From: a virus
Virus record (IMG/VR): IMGVR_UViG_3300042756_000237
DNA length: 44,850 bases
Reading direction: 5' to 3' (one strand)
Shown one piece after another: positions 7,773 to 16,400 of this stretch. The notes beneath the pieces were generated by a model, which did no database searches, was not told the origin of the DNA, and saw nothing but the letters and a program-made list of their open reading frames with translations. Both the position numbers and the translations under genes were made by a program. Every line of letters starts with the position of its first letter. Positions within the stretch are counted from its first letter, which is position 1.

Positions 7773-7937
7773 CGTCTGCATAATAGCAAAGTCTTTCGCA
7801 AAGGATGCTGTTAAAATTCAAGACAGCTACACCGCAAAAGTTTTAGCCAAAGAAGTTTTCCGTATCAAAATCCCTTTGGCAAATGGACGGAAACGATTCA
7901 GGCGAATGAGGAAAATAAATCATTAAATAATTGAGTT

Positions 7938-8369
7938 ATGATTAAAGCGGAAGAATTGATGTTGGGTAACCTTTTAACTGATGAATTTTACGATGGTTTT
8001 AAAACAATCATAAAGGTAGATTCTATTAATGAAAAGGGCATAAATCTTGAAATTAACGACGATGGCAATTACCCCGAATGCGCTCAACAATGGATTGAAC
8101 CTGTTTACAAGTTTGATGAATTATACGGAATCCTACTAACGGAAGAAATTTTGTTGAAAGCAGGATTTGAGACAACATATTCGAGTAAATTCAGGCTTAG
8201 ACTCGACCATTCTAATCATTCTGAGATTGGATTTGATTTTTTGCATACTACCGAAAAATCAATGGATGGGTTTAGATTCTATGGCAAATACATTAAAATT
8301 CAACACGTTCACAATCTTCAAAACCTTTACTATGCCCTTACAGGAAAACAATTACAAATTAATCTTTAA
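7938..8369 (+). CDS. Hypothetical protein
   Basis: 143-aa ORF. Confidence 0.65.
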   Translation: MIKAEELMLGNLLTDEFYDGFKTIIKVDSINEKGINLEINDDGNYPECAQQWIEPVYKFDELYGILLTEEILLKAGFETTYSSKFRLRLDHSNHSEIGFDFLHTTEKSMDGFRFYGKYIKIQHVHNLQNLYYALTGKQLQINL

Positions 8370-8373
8370 AACC

Positions 8374-8565
8374 ATGAAAGCAGAAGATTACGACAAAGCG
8401 AAAATAATTCGTGAAACAATACAGCACATGGAGATTAAAAAATTGCAAATTGAATCAATGAAAAAACGAGATTCAGACGATGATTTTAATACGTTAAGGG
8501 ATTTGGCTCACTCCGCAATTCTTTACACAATTGAACGAATGGAGGAAGATTTTAAATTAATTTAA
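8374..8565 (+). CDS. Hypothetical small protein
   Basis: First ATG of ORF 8167..8565 that lies after the upstream stop. Confidence 0.5.
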   Translation: MKAEDYDKAKIIRETIQHMEIKKLQIESMKKRDSDDDFNTLRDLAHSAILYTIERMEEDFKLI

Positions 8566-8577
8566 TTTACATATCAG

Positions 8578-8802
8578 ATGAAAAAACAAAACTATTCAAA
8601 ACGAGACTTGTCATTTTGGGACAAGTATTTGATTCCGGCACTCGTTACGTTTCTTATCGTTGGGTGTGTTATTTCATTCGCTTGCTTACAAGGTGATGCC
8701 GAGAAAGCAAAAAACCCTCCTATAAGCCCTAATGAGGTAAAAACGACTACTGAGCCAACTCCGCAAGAAAGACTTGTTGAGCAGAGAACTAAAAACGATT
8801 GA
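8578..8802 (+). CDS. Small membrane-anchored protein
   Basis: One TM segment (LIPALVTFLIVGCVISFACL) followed by a Pro/Thr-rich tail. Confidence 0.6.
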   Translation: MKKQNYSKRDLSFWDKYLIPALVTFLIVGCVISFACLQGDAEKAKNPPISPNEVKTTTEPTPQERLVEQRTKND

Positions 8803-8803
8803 A

Positions 8804-9121
8804 ATGAACCTCAACCATAATTACACCCTCCTGACTGGAGAGATGCACCCCGACAAGCTTACTTCAATCGAGGCAAGTCACAACAACGATCAGATCATTT
8901 TGCTTTTTGCAGGCGATAATGGAGGTGTTGAAGTAAAGTTTGATTACACAAATGAACTTGAAAATATTGCAGATTACGGAAAAGAGCATTACGAATATCA
9001 GGTGCAAAATGTTACTTGCAACGGAATTGACTATGATAAATTCAACCTATGCAAAGAAATAGTTTTGCTTATTCAGAGCGAGGTTGATGTGATTAATCGG
9101 GATTTATTAGGAATAACTTAA
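8804..9121 (+). CDS. Hypothetical acidic protein
   Basis: First ATG after the upstream stop, in ORF 8774..9121. Confidence 0.6.
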   Translation: MNLNHNYTLLTGEMHPDKLTSIEASHNNDQIILLFAGDNGGVEVKFDYTNELENIADYGKEHYEYQVQNVTCNGIDYDKFNLCKEIVLLIQSEVDVINRDLLGIT

Positions 9122-9132
9122 AAACAGAAATA

Positions 9133-9534
9133 ATGAGTGAAAGACTTAAAGAATTGGTAAACAACAGCGAATTTTCGCAAATCCAAAAAAACATGATGAT
9201 TGGCTTTATAAGTAGGGCTAACGAAGATCAGGAAAAAAAATCAAATGACAGGAAATTAATTGAGGAAATAGCAAATGAAAAAAGGTTTTCCGAAGTAATA
9301 ATTTCTACTGACGAAATAAAGATTTATACGGTAAGCGGACATGGGGAGTGGGAGATTAAATACCCATTCAGAAGTATTTATTTAGATAAAAATGGGGTTT
9401 GGTCGCGAACTAATACTGTTTCGCCAAATTTAGATATTGCCTACCTTATTGTGCTTCAATGCAAGCACCTTGGTTTAAACAGTGAATTTGTAGGGTTCGC
9501 AATGAAAATGTTAGAAATGCCAGTTATTGAATAA
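9133..9534 (+). CDS. Hypothetical protein
   Basis: 133-aa ORF. Confidence 0.65.
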   Translation: MSERLKELVNNSEFSQIQKNMMIGFISRANEDQEKKSNDRKLIEEIANEKRFSEVIISTDEIKIYTVSGHGEWEIKYPFRSIYLDKNGVWSRTNTVSPNLDIAYLIVLQCKHLGLNSEFVGFAMKMLEMPVIE

Positions 9535-9554
9535 CTTAAAATAAAAACAGAAAT

Positions 9555-10502
9555 ATGAAAATTTACAACACAGAAGATTTGAGCGATGGGATTGTTCAAA
9601 TGAAGTACAACAAGGATAAAAACAGAGCTGCAGTTGTTTTTAGAGATATTAACCCTATTATGAATTTCTTTGGAATGTGGGATTTTTACCGATATGAAGA
9701 TAAAAGTTTCATACACTCCAAATCAGCCGATCCAAACATCCCAACCGCCACAGAATCCGAAATCCTGACAGTAGCGGAATATCGGGAAGCTTTTAAGAAC
9801 GCTATTATTGGGAGGTCGTTTTGGATTAAAACAAGAGAACAAGCAAAATGGCTTCTTGAAATGGTTGAGAAGTGGACGGAGTTTGTTTTATTTGGAGAAA
9901 AATTTAGAAAGCCAACCGAAACAAGTCTGTTAAATCTTCCATTCACACTTACTTTTGATGATTTTAACAGTTCTTTTCATTTTAGAAAAACAGGCGAAAA
10001 ATCCAAACTATCCACCCTCACACCATTCGGCTACGAAAAGCCACAACACCCATTTGAGGAAGCACTAAAAAAGCGACCCATTGAATGTAAGGACGAAATT
10101 GAGTTTAATGAGTTGATGAAGCTTATTGAGGAGAAAACGGGGATTGTTTGGGGCAACGGAATTAAGCCGACTAAGAGAAAATTTGATATTAATTATCCTT
10201 TTATTATTGTTGGCACTCAAAATATGCACAGTAGATCGGATATTCAAATAAAACCTACCAAAGCATCCAAACTACTCAAAAAGTACGGTAAGTCAAAGGC
10301 AGAACCACGTTATCCATTGCCTGTTTTTCCTCCTGTAAATGAAATCCGTCTATCCAACAGCGTCCAATCTATTTTTGTACCAAGCACGGTACAACTGCCT
10401 CACATCATCCAAGGTACAACGGAATCGTTTGTGATCACGGTGAGCAAAAATTTGGCCGATGAAATAAACCTAATAAAAATCGAAAAAGTTACGGTTGTTT
10501 AA
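9555..10502 (+). CDS. Hypothetical protein
   Basis: 315-aa ORF with no recognisable motif. Confidence 0.7.
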   Translation: MKIYNTEDLSDGIVQMKYNKDKNRAAVVFRDINPIMNFFGMWDFYRYEDKSFIHSKSADPNIPTATESEILTVAEYREAFKNAIIGRSFWIKTREQAKWLLEMVEKWTEFVLFGEKFRKPTETSLLNLPFTLTFDDFNSSFHFRKTGEKSKLSTLTPFGYEKPQHPFEEALKKRPIECKDEIEFNELMKLIEEKTGIVWGNGIKPTKRKFDINYPFIIVGTQNMHSRSDIQIKPTKASKLLKKYGKSKAEPRYPLPVFPPVNEIRLSNSVQSIFVPSTVQLPHIIQGTTESFVITVSKNLADEINLIKIEKVTVV

Positions 10503-10512
10503 ATAAATTCCG

Positions 10513-10520
10513 TATATTTG
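10513..10520 (+). promoter_or_regulatory. -7 box TATATTTG driving a noncoding unit
   Basis: Matches TAnnTTTG. The next ORF start is 117 nt away, beyond a terminator. Confidence 0.5.
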
Positions 10521-10615
10521 TTAGGTAATCCGATGCGAGCGGATAAGGGCATTTGACTGTTTTATCAGTCAGACCTAAGCCCCTAAGTATTCTCGCAAGT
10601 GCTTAGGGGTTTTTT
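10521..10615 (+). ncRNA. Candidate phage sRNA (about 90 nt) with its own promoter and terminator
   Basis: Closing helix ttaggt (10521-26) with acctaa (10573-78). Hairpins atccg/cggat (10528-44) and tgactg/cagtca (10554-71). Terminator cccctaag/cttagggg plus T6. Confidence 0.5.
10580..10615 (+). terminator. Intrinsic terminator
   Basis: 8-bp GC-rich stem pairing cccctaag (10580-87) with cttagggg (10602-09), followed by tttttt. Confidence 0.8.
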
Positions 10616-10636
10616 ATTAATCAAAAATTTATTATT

Positions 10637-10897
10637 ATGTCAGATGAAATCTTAGAAGTAGAAATAGAATTGGGAGACGGTTCTAAACAAAAATTATCAA
10701 TCAAAGAAATTGATGTAAGTGAATGGGAAGAAATAGAAAAAGGAAAGCGAGGGATTCTTACGCTTGTAAACGGTCAGCAAATGTTGATAGAAATTAATGA
10801 AGCCAATTATGAGGGCATTTCTTTTAAAACAATTGGAGGTAGTCAACTTTATTTCCATGAGGATATTGTAATACGCTCTTTATTTGTGGAGCAATAA
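10637..10897 (+). CDS. Hypothetical acidic protein
   Basis: 86-aa ORF rich in Glu and Asp. Confidence 0.6.
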   Translation: MSDEILEVEIELGDGSKQKLSIKEIDVSEWEEIEKGKRGILTLVNGQQMLIEINEANYEGISFKTIGGSQLYFHEDIVIRSLFVEQ

Positions 10898-10948
10898 TTT
10901 AACCAAACCAAGGGGCGCGACTTGGTAACGCGCAGTAAAATTTAAGTT

Positions 10949-12115
10949 ATGGAAAAGAATGAAGTAGTAAAAATTACACCTGAATTACAGGAAGTAGTAA
11001 AAACAAGTGGATTGCCCGATTTAACGAAAGCCGAAAAAATAGCCTCAAATTACGCACCATTTTTTAATCAGGTTTCGGAGCAATCAGCCATTTTTAAACA
11101 GCTAAAAAAGGGTGTAAAAGAAGACGTTGAGAAAGCAAAAAGGGTGGTGATCGATCTTGGTCACATTGTATCAGACACCGAAGCGCAAAAGAAATTAGAT
11201 AAAGAAGTTTTGCTTATTGAAACCCGTTTTATTGACGCGCTAAATAATACCGTAGTAAATGCTGCCCGACTAACACAGGCAGAGGCAAAAGAGATAGTGA
11301 AGCACGAAGAAAATCTTGAAAAAGAGCGCATTCAACAGCTTCAAATTGACCGTGTAAATATGCTTACTCCATACTATGAAGAAGCGCACATGATGAATTT
11401 ATCAGGCATGGAAGAAGAAGTTTTTCAGGCTTATTTTGATAAGAAAAAACAAGATTTTGAATTTATTGAAGAGGCTAAAAAAGCTGCTGAAAAAAAACGT
11501 ATTGAGGACGAAAAGCAAGCCGATATTGAACGTATTGCCAAAGAAAAAGCGATTGCCTTACACAATGAACGTAAAGAAAAAATACTGCCGTTTTGGAATT
11601 TCATTCCTGCCGATAAAAGAGCTATGGACTTCTCAACGCTTACAGAAGAAGAATGGAATGAGCGTTTTGATTATTCGGTAAAAGAAAAAGAAAAATACGA
11701 TGCTGAACAAAAAAAGATAGCTGATGAAAACGAACGCCTTAAAAAAGAAGCAGAAGAACGGGAAGCAAAAGCCGAGGCAGAACGTAAAGAACAAGCTGAA
11801 ATTGACCGTAAAAAACAAGAAGAAACAAACCGATTAATTGCGGAAGAAAAAGCTAAATCGGAAGCATTGGAGGCTGAATTAAAAGCCAAAAAGGACGAAG
11901 AAGAACGCCTGAAAAAAGAACAACAGGATAAATTGGAAGCCGAAGAAAGGCAGCGTAAACAAGCTGAAAAAGCACCCGTAAAGGATAAAATGAAACTTTG
12001 GGTTGATTCATTTGCTTTGCCTGAAATCTCCGTACAAAATGAAATCACCACCGAGATAAAAGCCCGTCACGATGGATTTGTAAAGTGGGCTAAAGAACAG
12101 ATTGAAAAACTTTAA
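10949..12115 (+). CDS. Coiled-coil protein with a long Lys/Glu-rich segment
   Basis: 388-aa ORF with a low-complexity EAEEREAKAEAERKEQAEIDRKKQEE... region. Confidence 0.7.
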   Translation: MEKNEVVKITPELQEVVKTSGLPDLTKAEKIASNYAPFFNQVSEQSAIFKQLKKGVKEDVEKAKRVVIDLGHIVSDTEAQKKLDKEVLLIETRFIDALNNTVVNAARLTQAEAKEIVKHEENLEKERIQQLQIDRVNMLTPYYEEAHMMNLSGMEEEVFQAYFDKKKQDFEFIEEAKKAAEKKRIEDEKQADIERIAKEKAIALHNERKEKILPFWNFIPADKRAMDFSTLTEEEWNERFDYSVKEKEKYDAEQKKIADENERLKKEAEEREAKAEAERKEQAEIDRKKQEETNRLIAEEKAKSEALEAELKAKKDEEERLKKEQQDKLEAEERQRKQAEKAPVKDKMKLWVDSFALPEISVQNEITTEIKARHDGFVKWAKEQIEKL

Positions 12116-12119
12116 GACA

Positions 12120-12614
12120 ATGGCACATTGGAAAAAAAATAATGATTCTGCCTACATAAGTGGTGAGGATTTACAAACATCATTTAACGGACTAAAACCG
12201 GAAATGGTCGTTAAAATAACCAAGGTAAACGATGCTAAAACGTTTGACCAAAACAAGCAAGCCGAACAGGTTGTATCAGCTATTTACCTACAAGAAATAG
12301 GAGGTAAAGACCTTTATAAACCTGTTATTCTCAATAAAACAAACGGTAAGTTTCTATGCAAGGAATTTGCCGATACCGAAATGGATAATTGGCTAAATAA
12401 GCCCGTTGTTTTGTACGCTCAAAAAGATTCAAGACACGGCTACGTAGTGCGGTTCAAGACATTCAAAAAAATACATTTGGTTGCAGGTGATGAAAATTTC
12501 AACAAATGCAAAACGGCTATTCAAAAATCAGGATTCACAATTGACCAAATCAGAGAAAAATACGAAGTATCAACCGAAATAGAAAAACTTTTGACAGATG
12601 GAAAGGATATTTAA
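12120..12614 (+). CDS. Hypothetical protein
   Basis: First ATG of the TTG-initiated ORF 12102..12614. Confidence 0.6.
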   Translation: MAHWKKNNDSAYISGEDLQTSFNGLKPEMVVKITKVNDAKTFDQNKQAEQVVSAIYLQEIGGKDLYKPVILNKTNGKFLCKEFADTEMDNWLNKPVVLYAQKDSRHGYVVRFKTFKKIHLVAGDENFNKCKTAIQKSGFTIDQIREKYEVSTEIEKLLTDGKDI

Positions 12615-13338
12615 AATTCACGCAAGCCAAACCCATAAAATTATGGGTAAGATGGGACTTACTGAAACGCAACAAAACAGGCTTAACGAATTGAAATTAC
12701 GCAATTCAGACCCATTAGCTAAGGCTTTAACTCAAAACATGAAAGACGAACTTTCGGGTTTGATTTTGAAAGCTGAAATGCCTGAATTACCACAGACCGC
12801 CAAAACTTTTTTACATGAGTGGTACGCAAACGACAATGAACAGGTTTGGTCAAAATATACCGACAAAGGCAACATGGTTGAGTTTGATTTAATTGAATTT
12901 ATGGCTGAAAAAATCGGCTACGGATTGGCTCAAAAAAATCAACATGAGCGTTCGGATGAATATTTTATCGGTTCGTGCGATGTGGAATTTCCTGATTTAA
13001 TTGTTGATGTAAAAGCCCCTTGGAACGTGAAAACACTTCATGAGCAGGTTATTTCGGGATTAGACGAAGCATACGAAATGCAGTTAAAAGTATATTGCCA
13101 CCTTTGGAATAAACCAAAAGGACTATTGTTTTTCGGCTTAATGGATACGCCTGAAGAAGCAAATTATGGAAATGAGATAATGTATTCAAGCATTCCTGAT
13201 AGTGAAAAATGGGTTGCCTATAATACGGTAGCGGATCCTGAATTTATAAAATCAGCAATCGAACGGGTTAAATTATGCCGAATCTACCTTGCTGAATATG
13301 ATAAGAAAATTAAATCCCGAATCGGTAAAATTCATTAA
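12598..13338 (+). CDS. Putative PD-(D/E)XK family nuclease
   Basis: The block GSCDVEFPDLIVDVKAP fits D...(D/E)xK. Size and genomic position resemble phage recombination exonucleases. Confidence 0.5.
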   Translation: MERIFKIHASQTHKIMGKMGLTETQQNRLNELKLRNSDPLAKALTQNMKDELSGLILKAEMPELPQTAKTFLHEWYANDNEQVWSKYTDKGNMVEFDLIEFMAEKIGYGLAQKNQHERSDEYFIGSCDVEFPDLIVDVKAPWNVKTLHEQVISGLDEAYEMQLKVYCHLWNKPKGLLFFGLMDTPEEANYGNEIMYSSIPDSEKWVAYNTVADPEFIKSAIERVKLCRIYLAEYDKKIKSRIGKIH

Positions 13339-13339
13339 A

Positions 13340-13498
13340 ATGACAAAACCAAAACACACACCCCGTAATTCGGCAGAGTTGCGGAGAGGGATTGAAAGTA
13401 AAAGACGTTCCAATATGCCAAACATCGTAATCTATTACTTTGAAAAAGGACAAAATAAGTCCATGAATAACAAATGTATCAACCCTGAATTTGATTAA
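13340..13498 (+). CDS. Hypothetical small basic protein
   Basis: First ATG after the upstream stop, in ORF 13289..13498. Confidence 0.45.
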   Translation: MTKPKHTPRNSAELRRGIESKRRSNMPNIVIYYFEKGQNKSMNNKCINPEFD

Positions 13499-13560
13499 AA
13501 TGAAACAACTAACAATTTTCATCGTTGCGCTGCCTTATGGTGACTTTAAATTATTGAGAA

Positions 13561-13746
13561 ATGGATGCAGATATTAAAGGATGCTTAAATCAGATTAATA
13601 AATCTTACAAAGCATTTGAACACAACGGAAAAAGTATGACAAAACAAGAAGTAAAAGCTGTTTTGGAATATGGAATCAGTAAAGGTTACAAGGTGGTTAG
13701 CGAGTTATCGGAAGATGAAATAAACCAAATATTAAACAGTTTATGA
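13561..13746 (+). CDS. Hypothetical small protein
   Basis: 61-aa ORF. Confidence 0.55.
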   Translation: MDADIKGCLNQINKSYKAFEHNGKSMTKQEVKAVLEYGISKGYKVVSELSEDEINQILNSL

Positions 13747-14033
13747 CCACACCAACCCAAACAGGCGAATATTTCTTCAATAAAATGACAGAAATAGAAC
13801 GCGACGAGTATTGCGAGAACTTCTACGCTCAACCACACTTTAAACCACGTGGCAACTTAGATTTTGAGCAGTTTATGAATACCGAATTTAAAACCTTTGA
13901 GAAATTTTTAGAGCGTTCATTTGATTTTGCCAAGTCAAAACAAGCCGAATTTTCAGAACGCAAAGGTAAAGCATATTGGTTTTGGATAGGTATTCAGTAT
14001 AATGTTTCACAACCCACTGGTTTTGGTGGGTAA
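13743..14033 (+). CDS. Hypothetical protein
   Basis: 96-aa ORF with an ATGA overlap. Confidence 0.6.
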   Translation: MTTPTQTGEYFFNKMTEIERDEYCENFYAQPHFKPRGNLDFEQFMNTEFKTFEKFLERSFDFAKSKQAEFSERKGKAYWFWIGIQYNVSQPTGFGG

Positions 14034-14046
14034 AAAATTAGAGATT

Positions 14047-14253
14047 ATGTCATACGAACAAGAAAATGAAGCGGAATTGCTTTACTTTAAAATGACCTTG
14101 TTGCAAGCAGAAATTGAAATGCAAGGCATGATTGCTGAAAATAAAATTCAGGAATTAAAAGGAGAACCGTTGTTTTATAACGAAAAATCCTTTAACGCAC
14201 TAATTGAAAAGCACCGCATACATCACAACGCTTTTCCGTCATTAAAATACTGA
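14047..14253 (+). CDS. Hypothetical small protein
   Basis: In-frame ATG after the upstream stop, in ORF 14002..14253. Confidence 0.5.
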   Translation: MSYEQENEAELLYFKMTLLQAEIEMQGMIAENKIQELKGEPLFYNEKSFNALIEKHRIHHNAFPSLKY

Positions 14254-14256
14254 GTT

Positions 14257-14514
14257 ATGAAAACAACGAAGCAAATCCCAACACGCAAAACAACGATTTA
14301 CCGCACAAAGAAAGAAACGGTATTTGAACCTGAAAGTTTGGCTAACTGCAAAATAGTATCTTATTTAGCAAACAGCGGAGTAGGAAGCAATAAAAACGTT
14401 TCATTTGACCTATTCGATAGCGTTACACAAATAAAGCAAGTAAAGGGCTTTATTCACGCGATTGGATGGAATGGAGCAAGTAAAGTAGCAACGATATTAA
14501 TTTTGAGAGTATGA
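14257..14514 (+). CDS. Hypothetical protein
   Basis: 85-aa ORF. Confidence 0.55.
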   Translation: MKTTKQIPTRKTTIYRTKKETVFEPESLANCKIVSYLANSGVGSNKNVSFDLFDSVTQIKQVKGFIHAIGWNGASKVATILILRV

Positions 14515-15017
14515 GTAAGGAAGAAATATGCGAAAACTGCGGAAAAACAGGTGTTCGCGCCAAAAAAATGTGTCGGGCTTGCTATCAAAGAAAAATGAGG
14601 CAAACTCCAAAAGGAAAAGCATCTTTGAAGTTGTATAACGACACCAAAGGAAAGATTGCACAACAAAAGCACCGCAGCAAAAAACCTAAAAAAATAACCG
14701 TGCCCAAAAAACCGTGCGAATGCGGAAAAGAATCTATTGCTAAAAACATGTGTAGAAATTGCTACCAAAAGAAACACAACGAAAAAAACCCGAATTATAA
14801 ACCAAGAGCAAAAAACGAAATAGACTTTACGCCTACCTATGAAAAAGTTTTAGATAAGGTGAAAAAGGGAAATACAATTGAGGTTTCTTGTAAATTGGTA
14901 GGCGTAGAAAGGACTAAATTTTACAAAAAAATTACCCCCGTTCAAAAGCAAGAGATAAGATCATACAAAGCAACTTTTAATAAGGCAACTCAACATTTTG
15001 GAAAACAAACACCATAA
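14511..15017 (+). CDS. Double zinc-ribbon protein with a C-terminal HTH-like segment
   Basis: Two repeats of CxxCG..(x9-10)..CRxCYQ+K, then a basic linker, then VSCKLVGVERTKFYKKI. Confidence 0.6.
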   Translation: MSKEEICENCGKTGVRAKKMCRACYQRKMRQTPKGKASLKLYNDTKGKIAQQKHRSKKPKKITVPKKPCECGKESIAKNMCRNCYQKKHNEKNPNYKPRAKNEIDFTPTYEKVLDKVKKGNTIEVSCKLVGVERTKFYKKITPVQKQEIRSYKATFNKATQHFGKQTP

Positions 15018-15021
15018 CACC

Positions 15022-15267
15022 ATGAAACCAGAAAATTACAAAACACCCCACGCGAAACTAACTAACACCCAAATAGTAAACGCGAAAATCAAAGCCAAAC
15101 AAGCCCTTTACGATAAAGCACACGCTGAATTAGTCGAAATGGGTACGAAGCATAAAGATTGGTACGCGAAAATAAGCGAGGTCAATAATTTGAGTGCTGA
15201 CATTGCGACATTAAACGATAAACTAAAAACCAAGCCCCAAATTTACGGGAGCGAAATAAGAATTTAA
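15022..15267 (+). CDS. Hypothetical protein
   Basis: First ATG of the TTG-initiated ORF 14998..15267. Confidence 0.55.
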   Translation: MKPENYKTPHAKLTNTQIVNAKIKAKQALYDKAHAELVEMGTKHKDWYAKISEVNNLSADIATLNDKLKTKPQIYGSEIRI

Positions 15268-15268
15268 G

Positions 15269-15793
15269 ATGATACAAGAAAACTTATACACAGAAAATTC
15301 AATCAGAACATTTACAGGAAAATATTTTGGTTTAAAAATACTTGACCCTGAAACTATTTGTATTGAAGATATTGCACACGCCTTATCTCATGTGAACAGA
15401 TTTGCAGGGCATTTACCTAAACCTTATTCGGTTGCTCAACATTCTTACTACGCATCATTAAAAGCTTCAAAAGAAAATAAGCTTGCAGCACTATTACATG
15501 ATGCTTCGGAGGCTTATTTGGGTGATATGCCGTCACCGTTTAAAAGAATGTTACCCGACTATAAGTTTCAAGAAAACCGAGTTATGGAAGCTATTTCTAA
15601 AAAATTCGGATTTCAATACCCTTTTCATCCTGAAATTAAAGAGATAGATAAGGGTCTATTACAAATTGAGTTTGATACTTTTGTTTTGAAAAAAGAATCT
15701 TCAATAGTTTCGAGCATCAATTATATGAGTGCTGCCGAAGCTGAAAAACAATTTTTAAGACAGTTTGCAATTATATACCATTTTAATACGTGA
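15269..15793 (+). CDS. HD-domain phosphohydrolase (YfbR-like)
   Basis: Motifs HALSHVNRFAGH ... AALLHDASEAYLGDMPSP give the H..HD..D metal-binding pattern. Confidence 0.75.
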   Translation: MIQENLYTENSIRTFTGKYFGLKILDPETICIEDIAHALSHVNRFAGHLPKPYSVAQHSYYASLKASKENKLAALLHDASEAYLGDMPSPFKRMLPDYKFQENRVMEAISKKFGFQYPFHPEIKEIDKGLLQIEFDTFVLKKESSIVSSINYMSAAEAEKQFLRQFAIIYHFNT

Positions 15794-15799
15794 AAACCA

Positions 15800-16150
15800 A
15801 TGAAAAAACAGAAAAATTCCAGCCTCAAAAATGGCAAAATAGCTATGATGTTTGGGGGAGATATTGAAAGATGTAGAACGCTTTGCGGCAACGACTGGAG
15901 AGCTGATTCAGAATCATTCACAGACGGTAGCTGTGTATTTCATTACCAACACGGAACACCATCGCTTACGGTGGTATATTACAATGCGAATCTAATGCCT
16001 GTGTACGATGAATCCCAAATCATGACCGAAGCAGAGGAAGCACATGAGGTTAAGCGCTTTAAAGAAAAGCTAATGGCAACCCTGTATTTGATAGTGGGTA
16101 TGGCTTTTATTGGGTTGGGTTGGTTGATAGCTAAAGGTTGTGCATCGTGA
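15800..16150 (+). CDS. Hypothetical protein with a C-terminal TM anchor
   Basis: 116-aa ORF with the hydrophobic tail LYLIVGMAFIGLGWLIA. Confidence 0.6.
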   Translation: MKKQKNSSLKNGKIAMMFGGDIERCRTLCGNDWRADSESFTDGSCVFHYQHGTPSLTVVYYNANLMPVYDESQIMTEAEEAHEVKRFKEKLMATLYLIVGMAFIGLGWLIAKGCAS

Positions 16151-16286
16151 ACATCTTACTAACTCATTTCATCCATTGTACGCATTGTAAATGGATTGAG
16201 CAAAAACAGAATCCCGAAGTTATTAGAATTTCGTTTGACCGCGAATTATACGAACGAATTTTGCTTGCTAAGTCGAAATAGTTTAG

Positions 16287-16294
16287 TATATTTG
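16287..16294 (+). promoter_or_regulatory. -7 box TATATTTG inside the 14-nt block TTAGTATATTTGTA
   Basis: The same 14-mer recurs at 19854-19867. Confidence 0.55.
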
Positions 16295-16400
16295 TAGGCC
16301 GTCCATTACCGGCATGAAAAAGCTTAGGTTAGATTTATTTAACCCGAATGCCTCAATTTGAAAGTAATGGTTCAGATTGGGGCATTTTAAATTTTATAGA

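Noticed and set aside
7663-7926. 87-aa + strand ORF overlapping gene 7551-7772 in another frame
   Set aside because: It overlaps the HTH gene by 110 nt and has no independent signals. The 165-nt gap at 7773-7937 contains a 7-bp-stem hairpin (gccaaag/ctttggc) and is probably noncoding.
11671-12051. 126-aa minus-strand ORF (also 11633-11818 on the minus strand and 11436-11681 on the plus strand)
   Set aside because: These are Ser/Phe-rich mirror images or alternate frames of the K/E-rich coiled-coil coding repeat in gene 10949-12115. They are shadow ORFs.
16147-16281. 44-codon GTG-initiated ORF downstream of gene 15800-16150
   Set aside because: It has only a non-ATG start and no recognisable features. 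It cannot be separated from chance and was left unannotated.
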